A stretch of 64,000 nt of DNA from Antedon mediterranea. Lineage: Eukaryota; Animalia; Echinodermata. The translations under genes were made by a program, and so were the position numbers. A model generated the notes under the pieces. It had not been told where the DNA came from. It ran no database searches and was given only the letters and a program-made list of their open reading frames with translations. Location of the stretch: contig NC_092671.1 of NCBI RefSeq assembly GCF_964355755.1, forward strand, positions 14,384,001-14,448,000. Reading direction: 5' to 3'. This document shows, piece after piece, positions 14,179-25,665 of this stretch. Numbering within the stretch: the first letter of the stretch is position 1; every line of letters starts with the position of its first letter.

Positions 14179-15096
14179 ATATCATGACGCAGTTTATTTC
14201 CAAATATCTGAGTTTTAACAACATTTTTACCCGTTTATGCAGTTGTGGGGCAGTTTTTAGTTGCAAAAACAATAACGGTTGCCATATTTGTTTCGACCAT
14301 CGATGATATTAAATATGGTTAGTGGACCTATACTCGAGTATAATTATACAGTCGAGTGTTGGTGTTATGACCATCAGGTACCTTGCGGGTGTTATTGTAA
14401 TTCAATTATTCAAAAGTGAACTAGTTAGATTCGATTATGATATGAAACAGCAACAGCCGACTAGAATTACGTTTAATTTTTAAATATGCGGCTACACGTG
14501 CGACGTGATTTCATATCCGCGCATTTTGTTCCTATCGAAATACTTGAATTAATGTTTAAAACACAAGTTAACAAGAAAAGACAAGTTCGATGACGCTAGG
14601 AATACATTCGCGAGTACGAATACCAAAATATCACCCCGAGGTTAGCAACAACCTCTCAACATCTCATTTTATATTCAGGGGTACACGTAGAAACTGTAGC
14701 AATATTCTGTCAGAATTATCTTAGAACCACACAATAAAATTCATCCTACCTTTTTTACAACTTCTCAATAATTCCACTGAAAAGAAATGGAGACGGCAAC
14801 ATTATTGTTCAGAACATGTGTTACGTTGTTATTTCATATGAATCACAAAACCGGTACTGGCATATCATATTATTTATCATGTTCTTACGCTTCCATACTG
14901 TTTTAAGCACACGACTTATAATGGAACTCACACTAAACAAACACTAAAATGATCCAGTCCAGTGGGATAATATTATTGACGATTTCAGACACTTCATTAC
15001 ATCAATGAGCGGGTGTATATGAATTATCCAACGTATCCAAATAGCACTTTTAAAGCGTCACTCATGTACTGTATATACATTAGTCATAGGAGGCCT

Positions 15097-16850
15097 AAAC
15101 ACAGTGGGTTACTGGTCATCCCCAATGCATGTTTCAATCGAACAAGCATCGACTAGTTACCTAGACATTCTCATGAACATTGTCTCAAACACTTCTGGCG
15201 GATTCACCTGTATGTAAATTAGTCATAAACACAGTGGGTTACTGGTCATCCCCAATGCATGTTTCAATCGAACAAGCATCGACTCGTTACATACATTCTC
15301 ATGAACATTGTCTCAAACACTTCTGGCGGATTCACCTGTATGTAAATTAGTCATAAACACAGTGGGTTACTGGTCATCCCCAATGCATGTTTCAATCGAA
15401 CAAGCATCGACTAGTTACCTAGACATTCTCATGAACATTGTCTCAAACACTTCTGGCGGATTCACCTGTATGTAAATTAGTCATAAACACAGTGGGTTAC
15501 TGGTCATCCCCAATGCATGTTTCAATCGAACAAGCATCGACTCGTTACATACATTCTCATGAACATTGTCTCAAACACTTCTGGCGGATTCACCTGTATT
15601 TAAATTAGTCATAAACACAGCGGAGTACTGGTCATCCCCAACACATGTTTCAATCGAACAAGCATCGACTAGTTACATAGACATTCTCATGAACATTGTC
15701 TCAAACACTTCTGGTGGATTCACCTGTATTTAAATTATTCATAAACACAGCGGAGTACTGGTCATCCCCAACGCATGTTTCAATCGAACAAGCATCGACT
15801 AGTTACATAGACATTCTCATGAACATTGTCTCAAACACTTCTGGCGGATTCACCTGTATTTAAATTAGTCATAAACACAGCGGAGTACTGCTGGTCATCC
15901 CCAATGCATGTTTCAATCGAATAAGCATTGACTATATTACCTAGACATTCTCCTGAACATGCTCTCAAACACTCCTGGCGCATTCACCTGTATTTAAATT
16001 AGTCATAAACACAGCGGAGTACTGCTGGTCATCCCCAATGCATGTTTCAATCGAACAAGCATCGACTCGTTACATAGACATTCTCCTGAACATGCTCTCA
16101 AACACTCCTGGCGGATTCACCTGTATTTAAATTAGTCATAAACACAGCGGAGTACTGGTCATCCCCAACGCATGTTTCAATCGAACAAGCATCGACTAGT
16201 TACATAGACATTCTCATGAACATTGTCTCAAACACTTCTGGCGGATTCACCTGTATTTAAATTAGTCATAAACACAGCGGAGTACTGCTGGTCATCCCCA
16301 ATGCATGTTTCAATCGAATAAGCATTGACTATATTACCTAGACATTCTCCTGAACATGCTCTCAAACACTCCTGGCGGATTCACCTGTATTTAAATTAGT
16401 CATAAACACAGCGGAGTACTGGTCATCCCCAATGCATGTTTCAATCGAATAAGCATCGACTAGTTACCTAGACATTCTCCTGAACATGCTCTCAAATAAC
16501 CCTGGCGGATTCACCTGTATTTAAATTAGTCATAAACACAGTGGAGTACTGGTCATCCCCAATGCATGTTTCAATCGAATAAGCATTGACTAATTACATA
16601 GCCATTCTCCTGAACATTCTCTCAAACACTCCTGGCGGATTCACCTGTATTTAAATTTTTCATAAACACAGCGGAGTACTGGTCATCCCCAATGCATGTT
16701 TCAATCGAATAAGCATCGACTAGTTACCTAGACATTCTCCTAAACATGCTCTCAAACACTCCTGGCGGATTCACCTGTATGTAAATTAGTCATCATAAGC
16801 ACGGTGGTTGAGTACTAGTCATCAACGATGCATATTTCAACCGAATTATC
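15097..16850. repeat. ~130-bp satellite array, 13 full units plus one partial
   Basis: Units start near 15101, 15231, 15359, 15489, 15617, 15747, 15877, 16011, 16144, 16274, 16408, 16538, 16668 and 16801. A diverged relic lies near 17175-17220. Confidence 0.95.
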
Positions 16851-19800
16851 GACTCATTTGGCATTAATTCATTCCATGCTATCATTCTAAATATATCATT
16901 GTCAAACTTATACTTTCTTTTTTTATCATATCATTTGTCTTGGTAGAAAAAGAAAGAGGGAGGTGGGGGGACTATTTTACATTTTTTGCAGGAGTTTATT
17001 ACATAGCCTCTCTACCCGAACACAAACACAATAGACAGTTATAAGAACGGTCTTTTATTACCATGTTTTATTTATTCATTTTCATTAACGGATGAAAGAC
17101 AATATTGAATTGTCATATGTCGTAAAAGAGAATTGAAATAAAAGTTGGACGAATCCACACAATATAAAAAAACAAGCTCTCAAACACTTTTTGGAGACTC
17201 ACCATGTATTTAAAAACACATGAATTGAGTATACATCTGTGTCATTACTTAATTATTTAAATTTGTATTATTAAAAAATTTCACTAAATAACGTATACGG
17301 CATTAATCTTAGTGAGTAATTTTCTCCTTACTTGTTGAAAGTGTGAAATTGACATTTATACCCATATTACAGATACGCCAGCATTTCAACTAAAATGTAG
17401 ATATTAAAGTGGGCGAGAAGAAACTAAGTTTAATCAAAAAGGATGTTTTACAAGAGGGTGTGACAGGTGGGTCTGAGGTGTATTATTGTAGAAGATACAT
17501 CACACTACCGTAATTATACCGGATACTACCACACTTTGTGTAACGGTTTGGAATTGTCATTCATCAACCTAGGTCTTGGTTTGGTTATCTTCATGTTTTA
17601 CCAATCCGTTAATTAACTTCAGAAACCCTGCAGCTGTTACAGTACGCTTGTCAAATATCGAATGAGAGACTTATTTATTCTGAGATTCACTTAAACATCA
17701 GGGCATTATAGTGTCATCAAGTCAATTTCCTATGCGGTACAGGTTATTTTAAACAAAAAGGTTACGACCTGCCCCCAAAACTATGATAAACGTTATTTTG
17801 TATTCCTATTCGTGACTTGAAATAAGAACTATGTAAGTAATGACGACACATTTTATCTGCATATTTTTCCTAATACTTTTAGAATTTTTATTTTCAAGAT
17901 GTAGCAACCAATGTCACAATTCATTTACGTCTTATTTGGCTTGACATCATCTTATCTCTCTTGTTCATCAGATGCATTTAAACGATATCTAAATTTTTAG
18001 AGAAACAAAAATCTATTTGAAATGTTATTTCATTACTCGGATCATTAAAGCAACCGACAATGGCAAAACGACCTTTAAAAAAAAAAACAGCAGTTAATAA
18101 TTATCAAAAGTAGGCCGGAATAATGTTTGCAGTAGTAACGCTGTTGAGTAATATCTGTTGACAATACCTACGTATTGTCATGTTTAATTTGTTTATATTG
18201 CTACAATAATGTAAACTGACAGTATTGTAGGTAACACGAAGGAGCTGAAAGAAATCGAATAAGACAGGTATAGTTTTAGAAGCGCGTAAGGTTATTGTTT
18301 ATTTGCATGAGTGTATCATTGATTGTTCTTAAGGTGTTTGTTTATTGTTAGCCTACAAACATACATAATTTTTGTTTCTCTAAAAAAGTGAACCAATCCG
18401 CCACAAGCATGATTAGTATTTTAAAAATTGGATTCTGTATCAATATTTTAGGAGAACAACCTTTTAAACTTGAATATGGTAAATTCCTTAGTATCTCCTA
18501 GGCCTCATTTGCTTAATTGGCCCTCATAGTGGAAATACCCCTTCCCATTACCCTGCACTTTTTGTGTTCAAATCCATCAGCATGCCGCATGTCACGCAGA
18601 TATTCGTCAAAATTGTGTATAGCCTAATAACATAGTTTTTTTTTCGTGCAGTTAGGCCCTAGTGCTAAAGTTAATAACAATAATCTCACTTGTAATAAGT
18701 ATGATATTAAGTATCATACTTAACACCACATATTGCACCGGTATAGTTCAGAGGCTTAGTAAATAACTTTAAATACCCATTTATTTATAAAGTAGAGAAG
18801 CTGCGTGTAATTAGTATTGTCTTGTAAAAGGTAAATCTCCGATACAAATATTAGTGTAAACCCACTACGGATCATCATCATCTTGTAATTTATCTCGAGG
18901 GTTTGAATTTGCTAAGCCTACATTGATATTATTTTAGCCTACCTTTTATATAAAAGGTTACCGTATCTGATAAGAAGCAACGGATTTCATTGCTTGTTGA
19001 AAACCCAACATCACTGCTGGTGCTGAATTTGATTATCTCTAAAATCTCTTGGATAAGTATGCTGATGATGCTCGCTTAAAAACAAAACAAAAGAAAAAAA
19101 ACACTAGTGAGGAATTTAGTATTTGTGTAGTGTTAGAGGAAGATTATAGTTCGCGTTGGTTTAAATATGTAATGTAAGGTCGTAAGTTTGCAACACTTCT
19201 ATCCAAGCTTTTTCTTTTTCTGGATATACAGCACCGACAATGGAAAGGGGATAATCCAACTTTTCCTGCATTTCTTAATAAATTATAAACTTCTTAATTC
19301 TGGTTAAATTGTTTGCCACCAACACTATCTTCCTCACTGTCATTTTCCTCTCAACTCAACAAGAAAAATAATTAGGCTATAGTTTATATTCAAAGCATCG
19401 TGTCCCACCCCTTTCCCAAAGTAAATGTTTCTCCTGTGTTTATACCCCTGTCTCAGCTCACTCCTTCTCCCCACTTTTAAATAGTCCAAAAACATTTACA
19501 TGACCTCTATGCTGGCAAGTTTCAATTGATATATATATATATATATATTGGGTACCGGTATATTAATAAAAAGTAATTTCATATACAATCTAATCTCACT
19601 TTTTCTGACAATGCAAACTGTATTATATTGGGTAATATTAATAAAGAATAATTCCATATTATATTTTGACATATAAACTTCTCGCACCGTGAATTTGACT
19701 GTAATAAAAACACACAGGTATATTAAAAACAAATCCTTTAGACAGAAAATAAACATTTTTTTTTGTAATTAAAATACACAAACGCCATACTCTTTAGGCT

Positions 19801-21684
19801 ATGAGACGCCAAATAAGTCAAACCTTCTGAATAAAACACACTAAAGATCATTAGCCAACTATTAATAGAAATCATCGACTGTCGTACCAAATACCAAATA
19901 CCATTTTATGAGATACAAATAACAAAACCGGATGAAAAATTACGTAAGGACAATAGTTACAAGACAAAATAAAAAGTACAATTCTATTTTATTAATAATA
20001 TTAGAATATTAAAAACATTAAAAAAATATCAATCTTTCGAACACAGTGGAAAATATACGACTAAATTGAATAAAGTTGTAAACTTTACACAATTATTCAA
20101 AAGGCCTAAACTTTTAAAAATGATTCCCTTATAAGATGAAAAAATAAATAAAATAAAAATGTGTTACAATATAGTCTGAAGAAATAAAGTTCTAATAAAT
20201 AATTAGAAATAGAAGGAATAATAAGAAAACAATAACAAGCAAGTAAACAAGAAATATTTCTTACAGAAAACGCTGCTCAACATTTTAAAATTAGTCATTG
20301 TTCTTTCTTCAGATATATTATGATTAATTATTAAAAAGATGTCCTTTAATCGCAAAAATACATACAAATCATTAATTATGAATCACATGCCCATTTAAAA
20401 ATGGTCAATTTTGAACTTTACTCAACCTGTAGGCATGCAACTGAATACACTCTAGAGACGGTACAAGTGAGAAAATCCTTCCCAGTCAGTTGATTCGTGT
20501 CAACCAATCAAAGGGCGAGAATCCAAAATCGTTCAACCGTGAGCCCTCATAGACTCTCTTTTCCCAGACGTTTTTTGGGTCAAGCAGATGGGATCTATAA
20601 ATTATAGTCGAGTTTACAAAGTCGCACAACTGTCGGCCTTAGATACTATAACTGCTGCTTGCTTTAGCTTCTGAATGAGTAGTCCTCATGGGGCTGGCTA
20701 GAGCAGCAGCGTGAAAATACTACTGAATACAACGTATTTGCAATACAGTATATTTAGCCGATTCTCGGTACTGTATCTTTATTGTCCAGTGATACAGACA
20801 TGTGATACACATGGGATTCAGTATTATGGAATTTGTCATGATACTAGGCAAACTTTGTCACTTTTCGGCTAAAACACATGCATTGTCGTATAATTTACAT
20901 GAATATAGAACAACAATCTGTTTCATGTTGCAATTTAATTGTAATTTTAGAAAATGAATTAAAATAAAATCCGATGAATACCTCGTTATATCAAACTTAA
21001 TCGATATATTTTGTAATGTTTCTGATGGATTAGGAATGTTTATGTCAATTAAGTAAATTAAATACTATGGGCATCAGTGACTGGATCTTAATGGATATAC
21101 TAAACTAAATTTAATTCTGCAATGTATATAGTATGATGATTGATAGAATTAATGTATTTTGTATTGTTTTAGTTTTAAAACATTCACAATAATGTTATGA
21201 ACATTAGTCTCATCGCCGACGGTTATATCAGGCACGTATAATAATAATTATTATACCTCCCTGGTTATATTTACAATGAATTACGTAATGACAATCTGTA
21301 TTTTTCCGTGTCATGTGCCTTTAAATGGAGTGTACTATAACAACTCGCATTAGTCGAAATGGTCATTAACAAACCACGCTACGATTAATTACCATACCTC
21401 CTTCAAGTTCACTTTTCGTTTTTGGATAACAGATCTACAAATGGGTACGGTTGACAAGCAATGATTAATTTAATATGCAGACGATAAAGGATCTTAAATC
21501 ATCTGCAAATGTACCATTATAACAGTGCACACAATTCAATTGATTATTAGTATGCATCATTTCACTTAATTCCTATATCTTTCAATAAGGGAAACCTCAT
21601 CTGTCATAAGAACTATACGATTCTTTTTCGTTTATACCTTGTATATAGACAGATTTCAAATTATCTTGTAGCAGAACTCCTCGA

Positions 21685-21805
21685 GCAGTCAGGGGAAATT
21701 GGCAAAAGGCTTCCTAATTTCTAGGAGTTTTATCAGATAATCTTGTTTTGACAAGTTTTGTAACAAAACCACAGTGCTGATTTTGCCATTTCCCCTGCTA
21801 ACTGC
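21685..21805. mobile_element. Small MITE-like inverted repeat element
   Basis: GCAGTCAGGGGAAATTGGCAAAA ... TTTTGCCATTTCCCCTGCTAACTGC imperfect terminal inverted repeats. Confidence 0.55.
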
Positions 21806-21981
21806 GAGAGGGAAACCTTCGGGAACCAACAGAGTATACTCCCTAGGGTGCCCTAGGGTCCCTTTAAAGGGTTGGCTGTAGAAGTTAAAACATACTTCCT
21901 CTCGTTCGTTACACAGTAAAGTGCCATCCTATGTGTGTCTCCATGCCTCCAATGAATAGCAAGTGGGTTAAATCCCACAAT

Positions 21982-22199
21982 AGAGATGCATGTGAAAGAG
22001 ACTTAAAGGCCCTGGACATCAATGTTAAAAAGGGAAAAAAGGCTGATGACCGAAAAGCATGGAAAGACTGTATTCAGACAGGACAGGTATCTGAAAAGAA
22101 AATCTAGATCAGCCACTGCAACTCACACCGACTCACTGGATAACTGATGAAATTCTCTCAAATGTTGTTCCATAGTCAATTTTTATTGATGATGATGAG
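21982..22199 (+). mobile_element. RTE-clade LINE 3' fragment
   Basis: Translates with a frameshift to RDACERDLKALDINV...ADDRKAWKDCIQTG, resembling the RTE ORF C-terminus (D.CKRDLKA..I....W...A.DR..W). Ends in a (GAT)n tail. Confidence 0.65.
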
Positions 22200-23630
22200 A
22201 AAAAAATAAAATTGCAATTGGTTTTAAATTTGTAATATAGCATGAACCAATCTAGTTAATGTATATTGAACCTTTCAAGGGGGTGTGGTAATAACATCAT
22301 GCTGTTTTTCATTCAAGCTTCTTCACTCCTATCGACCACATGGTTAAAGATGTGTTGTCCCTCAGAAAAAAATAATTATTAAAAATGTTTCTGTTGAATA
22401 TGCCATTTTAATTTACTTTGACCAACAATTTGAAAAAAAATTATTTACCTGAAAAAAACTGTAATTTAAAGCAAAAAATAGTCAAATTGGCTGCCAGCCA
22501 ACGGATTTTTTGTCATTTTATAAGTGAAAACATTATTTGTTAGGGTTTTTTTCTACGGAAGTGATTAACTTTATCAAAACTACAAAATACCCTATTCAAA
22601 GTGATTTAATTAATCTTCATTTTCATGTTTTTGACGTGAATTAATGCACCAACAAAAGTAGAAACATTATAAAGTGTACAGGAGTCTACACAATGCCTCC
22701 AGTTGATTGACAATGTGAAATCGGAATTAAGCAATACATCTAAAAAACTGATCGACTCAGTTACATGACTATTAATAGTAATGAAATGTGTATTATGTGA
22801 GGCGTATAAAATCCCGATGGATTTGAGAACTGCAACACTATATCACGAAACATCGACAACAGTCGTGTATTAAATAATAACAAAACAAACGTTTCGTTGG
22901 TACGGAGGCGAACACATTATACGTAAGGAAAATCGAATGTGCCCCTAACAGAATATCACCCTGAATTCCCTTTCCCTAATATAAGTCAAAGATACTCTCC
23001 AGGTGGAATGCGATGAGTAGCAGTAATTAGTACAGCCTGTTTAATTAAATTATATGTAATTTTACTTTCTATGGACCAGAGATTCCGAAATAAAAGAATG
23101 AATGAATGAATACCACTTTCCTACTACCAAACCTTAATTACCAAATAACACAAGTTTTTAAACTCCATTTGAAATGACAATTGGTAGATTAGGAAACCCA
23201 TAACCTAGCATGCAACTGATGTTAATGCGTAGCAGTAATCTTCTCACCACGCTTCACCAGTTAATGGTGCAACATGTTTATTATCTAGAAATGTGTGTTT
23301 TCTAAAGTATGGTCATTAAGTATTGTAATATCGAGGGATTAGTGGCGATTTCGAAGGATTAATGTTACAAATCATGTCAATAACATGTAACGATATATTA
23401 ACATGGTTTTAATGGATAACAATAACAAGCGCAACCGACTAAATAAACAAACGAGCATTAGGCCTAATAAATGTAAGAAAAAGCGCATATACCGTAACAC
23501 GCATTTGGGGTTGTTGCCCAGATTCAATAAGGTGAATTTGACTAAAAAAACTAAAAAACTATTGTAGAGGAAACAAAACTTGTATAACTTGTCCGATCGT
23601 ATCGTATTACCATGGAAGAACGATTACAAC

Positions 23631-23900
23631 CAGGGGCGGACGCATGGGTGTCGCCTTAGTAGCCCGGTCAACACCCTTAATTTTTATACTAAATGTTTTT
23701 TTCTGCCACTAAATTGAAATTTAGATCCCATTTTATTGTATGCAATATCCATATAAAGTTATAGAAGTCCAAGGCTGTAAGAGAATATTTGTAAATTGAC
23801 AGACTGCATCGTACAATTTAACCACCAGAGTCACCGGTTAGAATTTACTGTATCTGGACTCTTCGGGCAATCCGATTCAAATAGTCCTGCGCCGCCCCTA
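23631..23900. mobile_element. Degenerate hAT-like MITE
   Basis: Ends CAGGGGCGGACGCA ... TGCGCCGCCCCTA. No target-site duplication retained. Confidence 0.5.
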
Positions 23901-23929
23901 GTATAAGTACTATTATTATTAGCAGTACC

Positions 23930-24748
23930 CAGAGCCATATATATAAAGAGTTACGACATTGGATTATAGTCACGTGATATGCAGATCAATTTGTGTCAAA
24001 CTTGTCTCCGTTAATGCATGTAAAGTATAGGAGCAAGAAAATACTTTAAACTTGTTCTTATATTTTAAAAAATGTAATTGCACATTTTACGGTGAAATAT
24101 CGATGTGCACAGCGTACAGAAGTACTTGCGGCAAAGAATATTGCGCGCGCGTGCGCTAGTACATTATAACGTTCAATTGATTGATTTTGGAACGAAACAT
24201 CCCCCATAACTACGTCCTATTTAATAACAATTATGTAATATTTTCAATTCATAATGCATTCTTTGATGGCTAAAGAAAATAATAAAGTGTCGTGGATATA
24301 TTTGGTAATATATTGAATAGGGTATGAACAATATTAAAATATTAAAGGCAAATTATTACAAATGAAATGATGAACGAGTCTCTGAAAGTTTGTGTCAAAA
24401 ACACACAGAGAGCCATATACTGTATAAAAAAAGGGGTAAATTTGTGTGTTTTGTATTGGTTCATGCTTTGATGTATTCTGAATTGCATGGAGGCCCTAGC
24501 ATTTATTCTTTTGTTATTATAGACACAATATATATATGTTACCAAATTAATACCATTAATACAATTAATTACTAAAATAAAAACGGAATCTAAGCGTTAT
24601 TTCATAGACAAAAAATTCTAAAAATAATGCATGAACTATAGAAAAACGCTATACAAAATAGACGCGCGCGCCCTCAGCGTGCGAATTCTTTGACACAAAA
24701 ATGGCTTCTAATTTTCAATGTCGTAACTCTTTATATATTATGGCTCTG
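23930..24748. mobile_element. 819-bp non-autonomous DNA transposon with 8-bp TSD (hAT or P superfamily)
   Basis: TIR of ~32 bp CAGAGCCATATATATAAAGAGTTACGACATTG / CAATGTCGTAACTCTTTATATATTATGGCTCTG. Direct repeat GCAGTACC at 23922-23929 and 24749-24756. Confidence 0.9.
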
Positions 24749-25566
24749 GCAGTACCAAAACCATAGCGCCCTCTTTATCGACACCCTGGAACGCAACAAG
24801 TTGATGTTGTGTTGTTGGAAGAAATATGTAGATGTATTCTGACATTTTTTTTATGTACATCGTTAGCCATTGTATGTATTAAAATGTATAGCCTACTTTA
24901 TTTATGCACTATCCATCACCATGCAATTTCCTAAAAATGTAATTAAGTTATACATTATTATTGATTCAATTAACGTTCAAAGTGCTGTTTCTACACGTAT
25001 TCTCTTTAAACATATAGAACTACATACACTTATTTATTTTGAAGAACTTCATTCTTTATAAAGACAGCATATTCTAATTAAATTATTTTACGGATGTCGT
25101 TCATTGCCGTTTTAGTTGACGCGCATTCATTTGTACGGCTAATTAACTGGCTAAGGCATTATACGTTTTATTGGTCTTCTTGTAAAATCAATATGCTTCA
25201 TTGAAAGCAGGAAATTAGCCAACACCAATCATACAGGTAAATGTGAACGTAGATTACATGCCATAAGGTATTAGGGTTTGTGTGTCACTAAGGTTAATAG
25301 ATAAACCCTTCAAACTGTGTCACGGAATGAAAATGGGCAAATACATCGTTCAATTTTCAATTTGTGACCAAGAGTGTTCATGTTATAACTGCCAAAAAGG
25401 CTCAAGGATAGCAATATCGATTCAAATAATGAATGGAACTAATATAGATAGCATGATTGTGCCTTCGTGGTCGTCCAATCCGGGGAGGTACCGTAGTTTA
25501 AGTGATACTTACTATGCCTACGAAATGACAAAACTAATATATAACAATATGACTAAACTGGTTGAA

Positions 25567-25665
25567 TCTCTGTCTACACTATCAAACTAGTTTGACAAAA
25601 AAGTGTTATGTGTCCAAATGGTAGTGATGTGCCAAAATATGGCAGTGATATGACATCATCGTGTC
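25567..25665 (-). mobile_element. MITE family B partial copy (inverted orientation)
   Basis: CTCTGTCTACACTATCAAACTAGTTTGACAAAAAAGTG... is the reverse complement of the right end of the copies at 12902 and 45652. Confidence 0.7.

Noticed and set aside
15097-16850. CRISPR-like array or ribozyme-bearing satellite
   Set aside because: Whole units repeat with no unique spacers, the context is eukaryotic, and no CUGANGA/GAAA core was seen on either strand.
22043-22056. CTGATGA..GAAA hammerhead-like word
   Set aside because: No stem II; it lies inside the RTE coding remnant.
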